A stretch of DNA of 64,000 bases from the human T2T-CHM13v2.0 reference genome, Homo sapiens. The stretch's first letter is position 1. The number at the start of each line of letters is the position of its first letter. The stretch is taken from assembly GCF_009914755.1 (NCBI RefSeq), contig NC_060929.1, one strand, 5' to 3'. The position numbers were made by a program, and so were the translations under genes. Below are positions 31,231-46,018 of the stretch, piece by piece. The notes below the pieces were generated by a model. That model saw nothing but the letters and a program-made list of their open reading frames with translations, made no database searches and was not told where the DNA came from.

Positions 31231-31633
31231 TGTTGGTCCTAACAAGTTTCGATTTCAGGGTGCCTGCGTTTCTTTTTCTTTTCTCTTCTTTTCCTTTTGT
31301 TTTGTTTTGAGACAGAGTCTCGCCGTGTCGCCCAGCCTGGAGTGCAGTGGCGCGATCTTGGCTCACTGCAACCTCCGCACCCCAGGTTCAAGGGATTCTA
31401 CTGCCTCAGCCTCCTGAGTAGCTGGGATTACAGGCGCTCGCCACCACGCCCGGATAATTTTTGTATTTTTACTAGAGGCGGTGTTTCATCATATTGACCA
31501 GGCTGGTCTCGAACTCCTAACCTCAATAATCTGCCCGCCTCGGCCTCCCAAACTGCCAGGATTACAGCATGAGCCGCTGCGCCCAGCCGGTGACTACGAT
31601 TTCTATCCCCTGGTTCAAGTCGGGGAATAGCCA
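31227..31633 (+). pseudogene. Degenerate tRNA-Pro(AGG)-like relic split by an Alu
   Basis: Removing the Alu gives GGCTTGTTGGTC..GATT..AGGGTG..TCCCCTGGTTCAAGTCGGGGAATAGCC, versus tRNA-Pro GGCTCGTTGGTC..GATT..AGGGTG..TCCCGGGTTCAAATCCCGGACGAGCC. Confidence 0.5.
31270..31588 (-). mobile_element. AluS
   Basis: Antisense Alu; degenerate TSD ggtgcctgcgtttct / ggtgactacgatttct. Confidence 0.92.
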
Positions 31634-31787
31634 AAATGTGATTTCTCAACCCAAGCAAGTACCCACTTAGGACAAACACCAGCCTAGCCCTGGCGGCGAT
31701 TTCTAGGTCGTAGGAAGTCGATGTTTCGCCACAGAAAGGCTGAGTGACCCTGTGACTCATTTCCCAGCAACTCCGGGTTTCCTGTAG

Positions 31788-32210
<423 letters not shown>

Positions 32211-32859
32211 TAACTCCTGTAGAAATCTGTGTACCAGCGAATGCGATTCATTTAGGTTTAGCGATGACCAGTTTAGCAGTGCCTGGGAGCTCTTACACCA
32301 AGGCTAGCTGCGCAACATCAAGTCCCGCCTTAGCTATGTTGGTGTTTTTTAAACTCCCATGGAAGTCAGGAAATGCCGGCAAAAGCGATTTCTGGTTTAC
32401 GAAGCTCGGTTTGACGATAGCAATTTCCGCCGAACGCGACTTTTTCCTCTTGTGGACCAAGTCGGGATATATCAGCTACTACGATTTTTTAGTCGTAAAC
32501 AGGTTTAACCATGACTGGGTTTTGTTGGTTTCTTGTTGTTGTTGTTGTTTGTTTTTGTTTTTGTCCTAAGAAATGTAGACTTAGGTGTAACATGTACCGG
32601 TTTAGATCTAACAGGGATATCCTAATCACAGAATTGCTTCATTTGGCAATACTTGTAATTTCTGCTTTGTAGGGTTGGTTCTCTCTAATTTTTGCTTATT
32701 TTTAAATGCTCTTTTTGTGTCTTTTGCTCTGAGAACAATGCTACCGGTAGTTTCCAGTGTGTTTGCTTTGCCTTTTTATTTGAATTTTAGAATTTATTAT
32801 TTTAAAATTTTATCTTATTTAAATGTTATTCATTTTTCTTCTACTAATTTTGAGTATCA

Positions 32860-34000
32860 CAGCTTCGTACTCCTTGACTTGCATTCTCTCAGGAGCTGGG
32901 GAGCCAAGCTCGGTCTCCGCTTCGGTGGTTTCAGGTCCCGGGTTCTGTCTGGCGGCTCTGCTTCTAATGCGGAGCTGGCGGTTTTGCAGCAACGCTTTTG
33001 CCAGTAGCGCCCACTGAGCGGTTTTTCAGTTGCTGCACCGTTCTTAGCGCCCAACGGAACGTTTCCCGTACGCGGAGTCCATAAGTTGTCTGTGTCGTCA
33101 CTTTCTCGGTTCTGGCACCGCTAGTATCTCCTAGGAACTTCCTAAACCCGTTTTACGGTGCAGAACGGTAATTGCACCGAGCCTCTGTGCCAACTAGTAC
33201 TTCCGTAATACCGTTAGCCGGCTCTTTTCCTGTCACAACACATTAAAACGTGTTAAAACACATTAAACGGATTAAACACATTAAACGGATTAAAACACAT
33301 TAAAACGTCACAACACATTTAAACAGAGTCGGTCCATTCCTCCAGACAGTATGTTTCGGGATGGAAGCACCCCTCCTAAGAATCCGCAGTTTCTTTCTAG
33401 CAGCACCGTTATGGCGCCTAAACGGATATTTGTTTGGCAATACCAGCGCTATCCGCTAGGTGCCGGCGCTTGCTGAGTCTCAGCGCCGCCAGATTCTTGC
33501 TAGCGAGGTCCAGAGCAGTGCAGAGACCTAGCGGACAGTTTTCCGGTGGCAGCAATGCTCATTTCCCGGACACAGATGGTTTTTGGCCCCTGAAGAACTC
33601 TTTAATCCCTGCGTTTTGTAGCGCTCGTTCTCTGTAAGGTTTGCTTAGTATCCGTTTCATTTCGACTTCTTTTCTCGCTGTTTTTCTGTCGGAATTACGA
33701 TTTGTTTTGTTTCTATGTGTTCTCTAGAATTTTACCGGTTTTCATTTGTCTACTAATTTTCGTGCATTCGTTACTATTGAGTTTCATAATATCTGGGTGC
33801 CCTCTGCCCACGAGCTCCGGAGAGCATAAATACCCAGGCTGATGGTAGTGCTAAAGGTTCTGCTTCATCTCGTCAATCAGCGCAAACGCTTATGTCCTCC
33901 TGCTCTGAGGCTTAATTAAGCGATGGAGCAACATTTTCTTGGCTATGTGAAGCCTGCTTGAGATTCCGCAGAGGTGGTGCCTGAGCTCCAGCCTCGGCCT
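32860..34000. promoter_or_regulatory. CpG-rich region, module A part 2
   Basis: Many retained CpGs; internal homology to 30400-30850. Confidence 0.6.
33231..33325 (+). repeat. Degenerate ACACATTAAA / CGGATTAAA minisatellite
   Basis: acacattaaaacg..acacattaaacggattaaacacattaaacggattaaaacacattaaa; paralog at 58284-58395. Confidence 0.85.
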
Positions 34001-34024
34001 ATTTTGAATTCAGAAGACTGTGAT

Positions 34025-34293
34025 ATTACTGTGTGAGCCACCACTTTGGGAGGCCAGCATGGGCAGATCACTTGAGGTCAGGAGTTGGAGACCAGCCTGG
34101 CCCAAGTGGTGAAACCCCATCTCTACTAAAAATACAAAAATTAGCCGGTGATGATGCATGCCTGCAATCCCAGCTACTCAGGAGGCTGAGGCAGGAGAAT
34201 CTCTTGAACTCGGAGGCAGAGGTTGCAGTGAGCTCAGATCGTGCCACCGTCCTCCAGCCTAGGCAGACTGAGACTCCATCAAAAAAAAAAAAA
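34025..34293 (+). mobile_element. AluS with an apparent short 5' inversion
   Basis: attactgtgtgagccacc (antisense Alu 5' end) fused to sense cactttgggaggcc. Confidence 0.8.
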
Positions 34294-34859
34294 TCTTAGA
34301 GTTATATTTTATGAAATAATAGGTAGTCATTAAATGTCTGGGTCATTCTCAACTTTACAAAAGTACTGTAGGCAAACATTTTTCCAAAGAAAAAGTGTTA
34401 TTATTAAAAGGAAAATAGTTTTATCTAATTCAAAGGTTATTTAGGAAAAAGGTAAAAACATACTGTACATTTTATCAAAATAATTCCTGTGTAATTATTA
34501 CTAGGTTTTTATTTGCTTAGAAAAACTGAGATTAAAAAAGGTTATTATATCTACATAACTTTCTGTAATTCTTTTAACGTTTTTGTGTTACCAAGTTACA
34601 GGGCTTTCACTCCTGGGTCGAAAAAGGTCACCAACTCCTACTAAATCTTAAACATTAACAGCAACTGAAGCCTCATCTTCAGACCTAAGAGAAGATGAAA
34701 ATCAGAAGAAGCTGCATTCACAAGACCTGGGTCCAGAAAATTAAACTATTCAACTCCCTAGTCCCAGGGACTATTGCAGAAGAAGTGGGTGTTTGGACTT
34801 GTAAGGACCTACTTTAAGAGAGAAAGTTAGTTCAGTATTTCTCTATAAACAGTGGTTTT

Positions 34860-35160
34860 GTTTTGTTTTGTTTTGTTTTGACAGGAACTAGCTCTGTCAC
34901 CTGGGTTGGAATGCAGTGGCATGATCCTGGCTCACTGCAACCTCCATCTCCCAGACACAAGCGATCCTGCCACCTCAGCCTCCTGAGTAGCTGGGACTGC
35001 AGGTGTGTACCACCATGCCTGGCTAATTTTTGTATTTTTTGTAGAGACAGTGTTTCATCACATTGCCAAGGCTAGTCTCAAACTCCTGAGATCAAGGAAT
35101 CCACCCACCTATGCTTCTCAAAGTACTGAGATTACAGATGTGAGCCACAATGGCCAGCCT
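34860..35160 (-). mobile_element. AluJ-like (shared by all three blocks)
   Basis: Same site as 3955 and 62580. Confidence 0.85.
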
Positions 35161-35968
35161 ATAAAGATTAATATAAAAGGAACACTGATGCAAGACCAGC
35201 CTGTGGGCCCCTGTGTCAGATTAGCAATGTTTTCTTGAGGTATTAACCCATTCTTTTTTTAAACATTATAAAACGTTATGAAAGGTTTATAAAATTATAG
35301 CTTCTGGTCAAGATGATTAAAATTTAATACAATTGTCTATAAGATTTGAGAAATAGATTTAATTGGCTTCATTCTATCTTCATTAGGTCTTATTTTTTGG
35401 GAAAGTAAGTCTCAAAGAGTAAAAGGTTTTGCCTTTTTGTTTTTGAAATATTTGAGTTACCACTTTGACTAAATGACTGACTTATTTTACAATGACCTGT
35501 GATTCTATTTTGTGATATCAAGTGTTTTAAACATTGACCTTGTTTTAAGTATTTGACAAACTTTCTAAAATCCAATTCTAAATTCGGTCTTTTTTACCTC
35601 ATTAATTTTTTTGACATTAAGTCCCCTGAAATCCAAAGAGATATATTTGGCTTATTTGGCATAATAAGATCACATAAGATGCATTATCAAATATGAAATG
35701 ATATTTAACTTTCTTTAGATTGTATTTATATGAATGTCTTATTAGTATGTATTACAAAATCGTATGAGATTCCTGTGATTCTGAAATGTTAGTGTATGTT
35801 ATCAGAACTAATTATGATCATTATATTAAATTGTTGTACGCCATAGCTATAACCAAATTTCCTTGTCCATTGCATCTTTAACCCTTGCTATTCTAATACT
35901 TTTGCCATCAACAATTATTGTTTTACTTTGATCCTTTTATAGGATTATAATCAGCTATAGACCTCTGA

Positions 35969-36290
<322 letters not shown>

Positions 36291-36468
36291 CTTTTAATAC
36301 ATTTATTGTTTCTTCATTAACAAATGCTAAGCATCTATATTGTACTACAAAGGGATCAAGGTCCCAGAAATAAGTGATCAACAAGTAGACATGGACTTGG
36401 CCACAAAGTGTTTGATACCTTCATGAGTTGAAAAAAGACAGTAAACAGGAAAACAAATAAATAAATAA

Positions 36469-36807
<339 letters not shown>

Positions 36808-36943
36808 GTGATAAATGCTATCAAGAAACTTAACATAAGTGTATAGTAGGATGCTATATTAGGTAGTATAGTAAGACTAGAATTATCCGCGATTTTCCAC
36901 TTCGATATGAATAATGCAATGAACAAAGCGAAAAAAAAATCTG

Positions 36944-37780
36944 GGCCAGGTGCAGTGGCCCACATCTGTAATCCTAGCACTTTGGAAGGCTGAGGCAGGA
37001 GGATCACTTGAGGCCACGAGTTTGAGACCAGCCTGGCCAACATAGTAAAACCCCCTCTCTACTAAAACTACAAACATTAGCCAGACATGGTGGCATGAAA
37101 CTGTAATCTCAGATACTCGGAAGGCTAAGGTGGTAGAATCATTTAAACCCAGGGGGCAGAGTTTGCAGTGAGCTGGGATCCTGCCCCTGCACTTCTGCCT
37201 GGGAAACAGAGCAAGATGTTGTAAAAAAAAGAAAAAAAAACGAAAAAAAAAAACCCCAAAAACTGAAGGTGGAATTACCATCATGAGAGAAGAATCTAAG
37301 ACTAGAACAACTTTATTATGGGCTAGGCATGGTGGCTAACATCTGTAATCCAAGCACTTTGAGAGGCTGAGGGAGGAGGATCACTTAAGGCCAGAAGTCC
37401 AAGACCAAACCAGATAACACAGTGAAACACAATTTCTACCAAAAAAAAAAAAAATTATTAGCTGGATGTGGTGATTCCTGCCTGCAGTCCCAGCTGTCTG
37501 TAGTCCCAGCCACTCAGGAGGCTGAGGCAACCACCAAGCTAGCAGCATGGTGAAAACCCATCTTTACAAAAAATACAAGAAAAATTAGCCAGGTATGGTG
37601 GCACATACTTGTATTCCCAGCTACTCTGTAGGCTGAGGGGGGAGGATCACCAGCTACTCTGGAGGCTGACGGAGAGGATCCCTTGAGCCTGGGAGGTCCA
37701 GGTTGCCAAGAGCATGACACTGCATTCCCACCTGAGCTGCAGCAAAAACCCTGTCTCAAAAAAAAAAAAAAAAAAAAAAA
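36944..37780 (+). mobile_element. Cluster of sense Alus (36944-37255, 37321-37520, ~37535-37780)
   Basis: Alu consensus matches with polyA tracts. Confidence 0.85.
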
Positions 37781-37859
37781 AGACAATGAATAGGCAAAGC
37801 ATCCCAAACAATAAATAAATAAATAAATAATGAAGCCCAAAGCATCACATTATCCAGCT

Positions 37860-38160
37860 TCAAGCTATTCTATAAGGATGCCATTATCCTAAACAAATTC
37901 ATGCAGAAACAAATATTACATGTCCTCACTTAGAAGTGGGAGTTCAGCCTGGTATACAGGGACATAAAGATGAGAACAATAGACCACTGAGGACTCCGAA
38001 AGGAGGGAGGGAGGGACATAAGGGGGTAGAGGCTGAAAAACTTCCTCCTGGGGATTTAGTTCACTCTCTGGGTGATGAGATCAAGCCTTAGAATCACTTA
38101 ATATATTCTCATAACAAACCTACACATGTACCTCCTGAATCTAAAATTAAAATGTAACAT
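37860..38160 (+). mobile_element. L1 (L1PB/L1MA-like) 3' end
   Basis: catgtcctcacttagaagtgggag...aacaaacctacacatgtacctcctgaatctaaaat. Confidence 0.8.
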
Positions 38161-38609
38161 GAGTCAACGTAACACAGAATAATACAATAATAAAATATCT
38201 CCCCAAAAAATGATCCTCTAATTTTAAAAATGGGCAACTACCCTGGCCTGCTCCTCAGTAACATAGCGATCTTTAGGCATCTGACAAGCACTACTCTGAG
38301 GCAGAAAGGGATCCTGTCTGCTCTAGTACTAGCAATGCATTTGGGGACAATAATGAACTTTCTAACCAGGGTGCCCCAAGACGGCTTTCTCTGTACAAGA
38401 AAGGTGATATTTTTTCTTTTCAATTCCTAAAGCAAATTGTTTAACTAGATAACTTCATCTCAAATGATAGGACTTTATGTTAATCTCATTAATTCCATGT
38501 CCTGATGTAACTTGCTCCTAAGAATAAGGTTCACACCCACCTCCCTGCAATCTGATTTGGACGGCCCATGAGACCAGAAGATTACAAAAACGCAAAAGAT
38601 GTTGACTTA

Positions 38610-39230
38610 TGAGTCCTAGATACCCTGTATCCGCTGGTGAAAGGACGCGATGGAGTTGCCGTGTCCCCTCCGAGTTTGGCAGGCCCGGGATTCCGCAAAG
38701 GAGGCGGCGGGACCAGATGCCTCCAGCCCGGAGCTCAGTACATTCGGTGTCCTGGATGCTCCCTTCCTGTGCTTACCACTGCGAGCTCTCCTGGGCCGAC
38801 CTAGATTTCCACTGCCACATACTTTCCGCTCCCTGCGTGCTTCCTTGCTGAAACTGCCGGCGAAAAGATCTCTTTCCCAAGCCTCAGAGTACCTGGAGGC
38901 GGGGCGCAGAGTCGCCTGCTCTGGATCCGGCGCAGGCAATTCAGGAGGAGCCGCAGGAGCCCTCGGGAGAGCAGGAGGCTGCATAGGGTCTCAACATACG
39001 CCCGCCCGCCCCCGCAGCCTCCCTCGCAACTCGCCTCTCGCTTAGTGGACAGACGACTGGAGCCGGAGACTTCCATCCGAGAAGACCTTTGAGAGTGTCA
39101 GCCTACTGCTGTCCCCTGGTGCCACCAACCAAAGTTCCAAGACTGCTGGCTGCAGATGGCATGCGCTTGGGGACAGACGCCCTGAGACTGTGTCCACGGC
39201 CCGCCTTTGGAATCCCGGGCCCTGAAACTT
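38610..39230. promoter_or_regulatory. Single-copy GC/CpG-rich promoter-like region
   Basis: GC-box-like gaggcggggc and cccgcccgccccc; CpG-rich; not recognised as repeat. Confidence 0.5.
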
Positions 39231-39789
39231 CCTCTGAGACCTTCCATTGGATGATCCTCTTGTAAATAAATAAATAAATAAATAAAGTTACAATAATACC
39301 TGAGTTCTCTCAAATGCGATGGAAGAAGTTTCGCCTTCAGATCACTTTATGCCTTTTTTCCTTCCTCTTCTCAATAAAATTGTACACAAATGTGAAATTC
39401 CTGTTACCTGAGTTCCTGCTGATGACGTTGAGTAAGGATGAGGCTCAGGGGTGGGGTGTCTGGTTGCTGTTGCCAGGACTGGCAGGGAAACCTGGGTCGC
39501 CTGGATTTGCTGGTTGCAGAGCAAAATCAAATACAAAAAGTGGTGTGTCTTATGCAGAGATTGGAGGGGAGGACCGGCCCGGGGTCATGCAGGGTGGGGG
39601 ACTCAGAGGCTAAGCCTACAGGAAATCAAGTGAACAGGCAGAGGACCTGAGAACTTACTGCAGGAAATTCTCCTGTTCTAAGGCCCTGGAACTTTTTCCC
39701 TCTGAAGCTTTGCACCCTCCTATCTTGAGACCTTGCTAAACTCACTCATGAGTTCTGGAAGTTTGCTTTTAGACTCTTTAAGATAGGCT

Positions 39790-40650
39790 CATGTTCTGCA
39801 AGTATGGATAGTTTCATTTTTTTTTACTTCCAATGTATATGCTTTTTAACTCCTTTTCTCACCTTATTGCACCAGCAAACAATTCCAGCACCTTGTTGAA
39901 TAGAAAGACTTGGAGAGGATATCTTTGCCTTGTTCCTGATTTCATGGGAAAGCATTGAGTCTGTCACTATTACATACAATTTAGCTATAGGTTTCTGTAG
40001 ATGTTCTTTGCACAGTTGAGGAAATTCCCTCGATTCCCACATTGCTGAGAGTTGGTTTTTAAATTTTAAATCATGAATGGGTATAGTTTTTCTTAAAAGC
40101 ATTTTTTGAATCATTTGATAGAATTGTATGATGTTTCCAATCTAGACAATCAATAGGGTGAATCATATTGATTGACTTTTGAGTATTAAACCAGCCTTAC
40201 ATGTGGAATAAACCTTACTTGGGCATGGTATTGTTCTTTAACATGCATTTCTGATTTCTATTTGTTAGTATTTTGGTGAAGATTTCTGCATCTATATGTA
40301 GGTGCAATATTAGTCAGCAGTTTTCTCCTAGTGTACTGTGTTTGCCAGGAAAATGCTGATCTCATAAAATAAGTTGGGAAGTATGCCATATTCTTCTATT
40401 TTCTAGAATAAATTGTGTAGAATTCATCTTATTAATTATTTGAATATTAGGTAAAATTAGTCAGTGAAATTGTAAGAACCTCTAGGTTTGTTTTTTGGAA
40501 GACATTTGACCATGAATTCAGTATTTTTAATAATTTCAAAAATTTACAGATTATTTTGTGTGATTTGGGTAGACTGTGGATCTTGCAGGATTGATCCATA
40601 TTATCCAATTTGTTAAATTTATGAGTATAGAGTTGTTTTTAGACCATTTT
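39790..40650 (-). mobile_element. Old L1 ORF2 fragment, antisense
   Basis: ccttgttcctgatttcatgggaaagcatt...gtagatgttctttgcacagttgaggaaattccc. Confidence 0.85.
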
Positions 40651-40667
40651 AAAAAGTTACCCTTGTA

Positions 40668-40967
40668 GGCCAGGCAGGGTGGCCCACACCTGTAATCCCA
40701 ACACTTTGGGAGACTAGGGTGTGTGGATAACTTAAGGCCCGGAGTTCAAGACCAGCCTGGCCAACATAGGGAAACCCCATTTCTACTAAAAATACAAAAA
40801 CATTAGCCAGGCATAGTGATGCATGACTATAATCCCAGCTACTCAATAGGCTGAATCACAAGAATCACTGGAACTTGGCAGGTGGATTTTGCAATGAGAG
40901 CCAAGATTGTACCACTGCACTCCAGCCTGGGTGAGAGAGTGAGACTCTATCTCAAAAAAAAAAAAAA
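40668..40967 (+). mobile_element. AluS
   Basis: TSD aaaaagttacc. Confidence 0.9.
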
Positions 40968-40984
40968 GTTACCACTATGTATAT

Positions 40985-41240
40985 GTTGATCAACCTGAAG
41001 ACACTGGTAGCTAATATCAGCTTGCCTCTCTAGATCTGCTTACCACTCTTCAGTCAGCACTATGGTACAAGAGGTAACTTAAAGGGGCGGCACTGGAGAT
41101 CTACTTTCCCTGCCAGGCTTTTGATTGAGTTTAGCACTGAAAGACATCAGTTGTTCAGAGATACAGAGTAGTAATTTATTATCTTGCTTTGTTCACCCTG
41201 GCCTCAGGGTACTGAATTATTTTATCTAAAGTCAAAAATA

Positions 41241-41245
<5 letters not shown>
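40985..41245. repeat. ~260-bp segment duplicated at 48175-48455 (possibly LTR33-derived)
   Basis: Shared tctagatctgcttacca, gattgagtttag, cactgaaagaca, tgttcagagata, tgaattatttta and aagtcaaaa. Confidence 0.8.
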
Positions 41246-41970
<725 letters not shown>

Positions 41971-42059
41971 ATAATTTTTTTCTTATTTTTTACACATTTT
42001 ATACTTTGCCATGCCCTTGGTTTTTGCCCCCAGTTTTCCAAGTGCAAAAATGAATGTAA

Positions 42060-42585
42060 CTACCTATTAAAAAAAACCAGATGGCTATTAAAAAAAACCA
42101 GAAGAATGTGGAGCACTTGGAACTTTTGTGCACTGTTTGTAGGAATATAAAATGATGCAGCCACGATGGAAAACAGCATAACAGCTCCTCCAAAAATTAA
42201 AAATAGAATTAGCATGAGATCCGGCAATTCTCTTGCTGGGGATATACACAAACATTTGAAAGCAGACACTTGAATAGATATTTATAAACCTGTGTTCATA
42301 GAAGCACTATTCACAAAAGCCAAAAAAATGAAGGCAACCCAAGTGTCCATCAATGGATGAATAAATAAACAAAATGGAGTATGTATATACAATGGAACAT
42401 TATTCAGCTTCAAAAAGGAAGAAAATTCTGACACATGCTGCAACATGGATTTACCTGGAAGACAACATGTTAAGTGAAACAAACCAGTCAAACAGGACAA
42501 ATACTGCATGATTCACTTGTGTGAGGTACCTAGAGTAGACAAATTTATAGCAACAAAGTAGAATAGTGGTTTGCAAGAACTGGAG
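42060..42585 (+). mobile_element. L1MB-like 3' fragment
   Basis: ggcaacccaagtgtccatcaatggatgaataaataaacaaaatg. Confidence 0.85.
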
Positions 42586-43045
42586 TTTGCAAGAAGCTGA
42601 AGCCAGCTTCCTGGGGTCACCAGGAGAATTCCCCCAATAAGCACTCGCCATCTGGGGCTGCTTCTTCTCTCAGGGTTCATTCTGCAGACACCTAGAGTCC
42701 ACTTCCAGGAATTCTTTGCATTTCTGGTCCCAAGGAATTCCCATCCTTGCTTTTAATGGAGAGTATACATTTTCTAATGTTAATAACATTTGCCTCTTGT
42801 TTGTCTAGATTTGACATTGCACTGGAGTGTGCAGGTTCATTTCTCCAAATTTGGGACCGGATGGAAACTCTTTGGAAACCAAGTTATTTTCCAGTATCTT
42901 ACAAAGAATGGACATTATTTTTATCTTTCTTTACTAAAAAAATGAAGAAGAAAAGGCCTGGTGAGGTGGCTTATGCCTGTAGAAATGTGATGCTTCCAAA
43001 TTAAATGAGTGAAAGTTAAAAGCAACATGTATATTTTCCCTGAGA

Positions 43046-43233
43046 AACTACAAAGATCATTTAATTATACCCAATATTACTAGAGATGTGTGGCAAAATG
43101 CACTCTATTTTTACACAAGTATTTATATAATTTTGCCTCAGCAACTACAAAGATGATTTAAATTATTATACCCAATGTTACTGAAGGTGTGGGGCAAAAT
43201 ACACTCTAGTTTTGACAAGTATTTTATGAATTA
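43046..43233 (+). repeat. Two tandem copies of a ~95-bp unit
   Basis: aactacaaagat.atttaa..ttatacccaat.ttact..ggcaaaat.cactcta..acaagtattt occurs twice. Confidence 0.85.
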
Positions 43234-43722
43234 AGTACTATATTTTCAAGAACGATATAGGAGTATCAATTAAACTTATCATACACAGTCATAATCAGAG
43301 GGTTTTATTTTTCTTTGAGGACTGCATCCTTTAAAGGCTTTCCCACATGGAAAGAATGGTGACAGACAAAACTTAAAGAGAGAAGACTTTCTAACAATAA
43401 GAAAACAATAATCACAATACATAGCCTTATCATAGTTCAGGGCAGGATCTCCTTGCAAATGAGTATAGAGACAAAATTTATACTCTATTAAAAAAATCCA
43501 AAACATTACCTTTCAAAACTCTAGGAACTTCCAAGTTGTTAATAAGGAAACTTATTATGGGACTCTATTCGATACTTCCACTTTCAAATAATTACAGAAA
43601 TATTTGAAACTACTTCCCCTCCCCAATGATGAAGTATTACTCTCCAAATTTGGGGGAAGTAAAGATTTTTTTAAAAATTCCTGGCACCCTCTAAACTTTC
43701 TTCTTTCTTGCCTTTCTCAGAT

Positions 43723-43893
43723 ACTTTTTTTTTAGACAGGGCCTCGTTCTGTCACCCAGACTGGAGTGCAGTGGTGCAATCTCGGCTCACCGCAACCTAC
43801 CTCCACCTCCCAGGCTCAAGTGATTCTCCTGACTCAGTCTCCCGAGTAGTTGAAATTACAGGCAAGCGCCGCCACGCCTGGCTAATTTTTATT

Positions 43894-43928
<35 letters not shown>

Positions 43929-44233
43929 TTTTATTATTATTATTTTTTGAGACGGAGTCTCGCTCTGTCGCCCAGGCTGGAGTGCAGTGGCGCGATCTCT
44001 CGGCTCACTGCAAGCTCCGCCTCCCGGGTTCACGCCATTCTCCTGCCTCAGCCTCCGGAGTAGCTGGGACTACAGGCTCCCGCCGCCGCGCCCGGATAAT
44101 TTTTTGTATTTTTAGTAGAGGCGGGGTTTCACCATGTTGGCCAGGCTGCTCTTGAACTCCTGACCTCAAATGATCCACCCGCCTCGGCCTCCTAAAGTGC
44201 TGCGATTACAGGTGTGAGCCACTGCGCCCAGCC
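43723..44233 (-). mobile_element. Three-arm Alu: AluY right monomer within the linker of an AluS
   Basis: Right arm, (TTTA)n, AluY-type right arm (aagctccgcctcccgggttcacgccattc), then AluS-type left arm. Confidence 0.8.
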
Positions 44234-45214
44234 TCAGATACCTTTATTAGAAATAAAGGCCAATCAGAAATGAACCCAAAGTATTTAAGAACCATTAACG
44301 TCCCTGCTAGATGTCATTTTCATCAATTCCTCGTATGTGTGAATATGCTTTAGCCAAAGACCATCAGAAACTGAGTTTGCAGTTGAAGAAACTAGATTTG
44401 TTACTCCTCACCCAAGAACTTATCATAGAGAACCACGAGCTGTCTCAAAATGAGGGTGTTAGAAAGGACATTTTAGTGGATTCAGGCTTGTGTTTGGTGA
44501 TTTGAGGTATAAAAAAAATCACTGAAAAAGAACAGTTATGTAAAGTAATTGTAATTAATATATAATGAACATTTACATTGTGCTAGAGTGTTCTAAGATC
44601 TTTCAATAGTATATAACTCAGGAAAAAAGTGGACACCATGATTAGTGTAATATGCCACTGAGTTTACTGAAAAGGAATATGAAGCATAAGATTTCAGTTT
44701 ACTTCTGAAATGTTACACCTTATAGTGTATAAGTGATGGAGACCTGGTTTCCTAGGTCTTCACCACCAAGGTATACAGGTCTAGTCGCCTTGGCTTTACA
44801 GTCTTTAGGTAATCATTGCCTACCTAAGCTGCCCCACTCACATTTCAACTAGCCAACATTTCTGCCAACCCACCCTCCAGAACAGCAATTTGTAGAGCTG
44901 GGGACTACTGTACCACTTCCCAGGCACTTGTCAGAGCCCAGGAAGAACTTGGAAAGATAAAAGCTTTTGGCCAAAGACAGTCCTACCAAGTATGTGCTTG
45001 GGTTGAGGAATCAAGGAATGTAAGTGGGAGGAGTCCTGGCTTCTTTCCTACCTGCACTCCTTACCCAGCAACAGACCTCTGACTTGGTCTTGATCCTAAA
45101 ACAACAACAACCAAACAAAACAAAAGAAACAAAAGGCATTTGATGTTTCTCTATTATTTTATTGAGAAAGACAACCAAACGTTGATAAAGAATAGTGAAG
45201 GCAAACTTTTTTAA

Positions 45215-45523
<309 letters not shown>

Positions 45524-46018
45524 CGGATAGACATTATTGTAAGTGATAATTATTTCCAAAAGGATGATCCAGTAGAAGCGCTAAAATCTCAGGTAATCTA
45601 GTCCCCGAAATCCCTGGATAATGCGGCCCGGAGAGTGGGGAGAAGTAAACATCAATTCTTCCCCAGGAGGGAGGAGAAAGCCAAGTGCAGCATCCGCGGA
45701 CGTGGCACTGCAAAGGACGTCTTTCCTAAATATCCAACCCTCGGGGTTCTTCCTTTGCAGGAGTCTGTTCTTTTTGCCCCGTAGCCGAACCTAGGCAGGC
45801 AGCGTGGGGTGGAGTTGGCAAACGTCCTGCAACCCATGAAGAGCCGCTATGGTACCACTAGCGGTTCTAGGACCCAAAAACTAACGAAACTGCTCAGGAG
45901 AAGCTGCAGGCTCGACCCACCAGAGGTGCTGCCACCGAGATCAATTCTGCTCGGACGAATGAGCGGTGCTATGACTCAGAAAGTGCCAGTCCGAGGAACC
46001 AGGGATACTGGGACATAG

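Noticed and set aside
29965-31245. ORFs of 100-180 aa in the CpG modules (also 55924-57073)
   Set aside because: Expected in GC-rich DNA; frames and lengths differ between paralogs; no recognisable domain.
33430-33660. Histone H3-like words on the minus strand (actaagcaaacc, gcaagcgccggcacc)
   Set aside because: Only short scattered matches; no histone-fold translation and no histone stem-loop found.
45770-45865. Minus-strand A-box/B-box-like words (tagtggtaccatagc ... ggttcggctac)
   Set aside because: No cloverleaf or acceptor pairing; better explained by the module motif.
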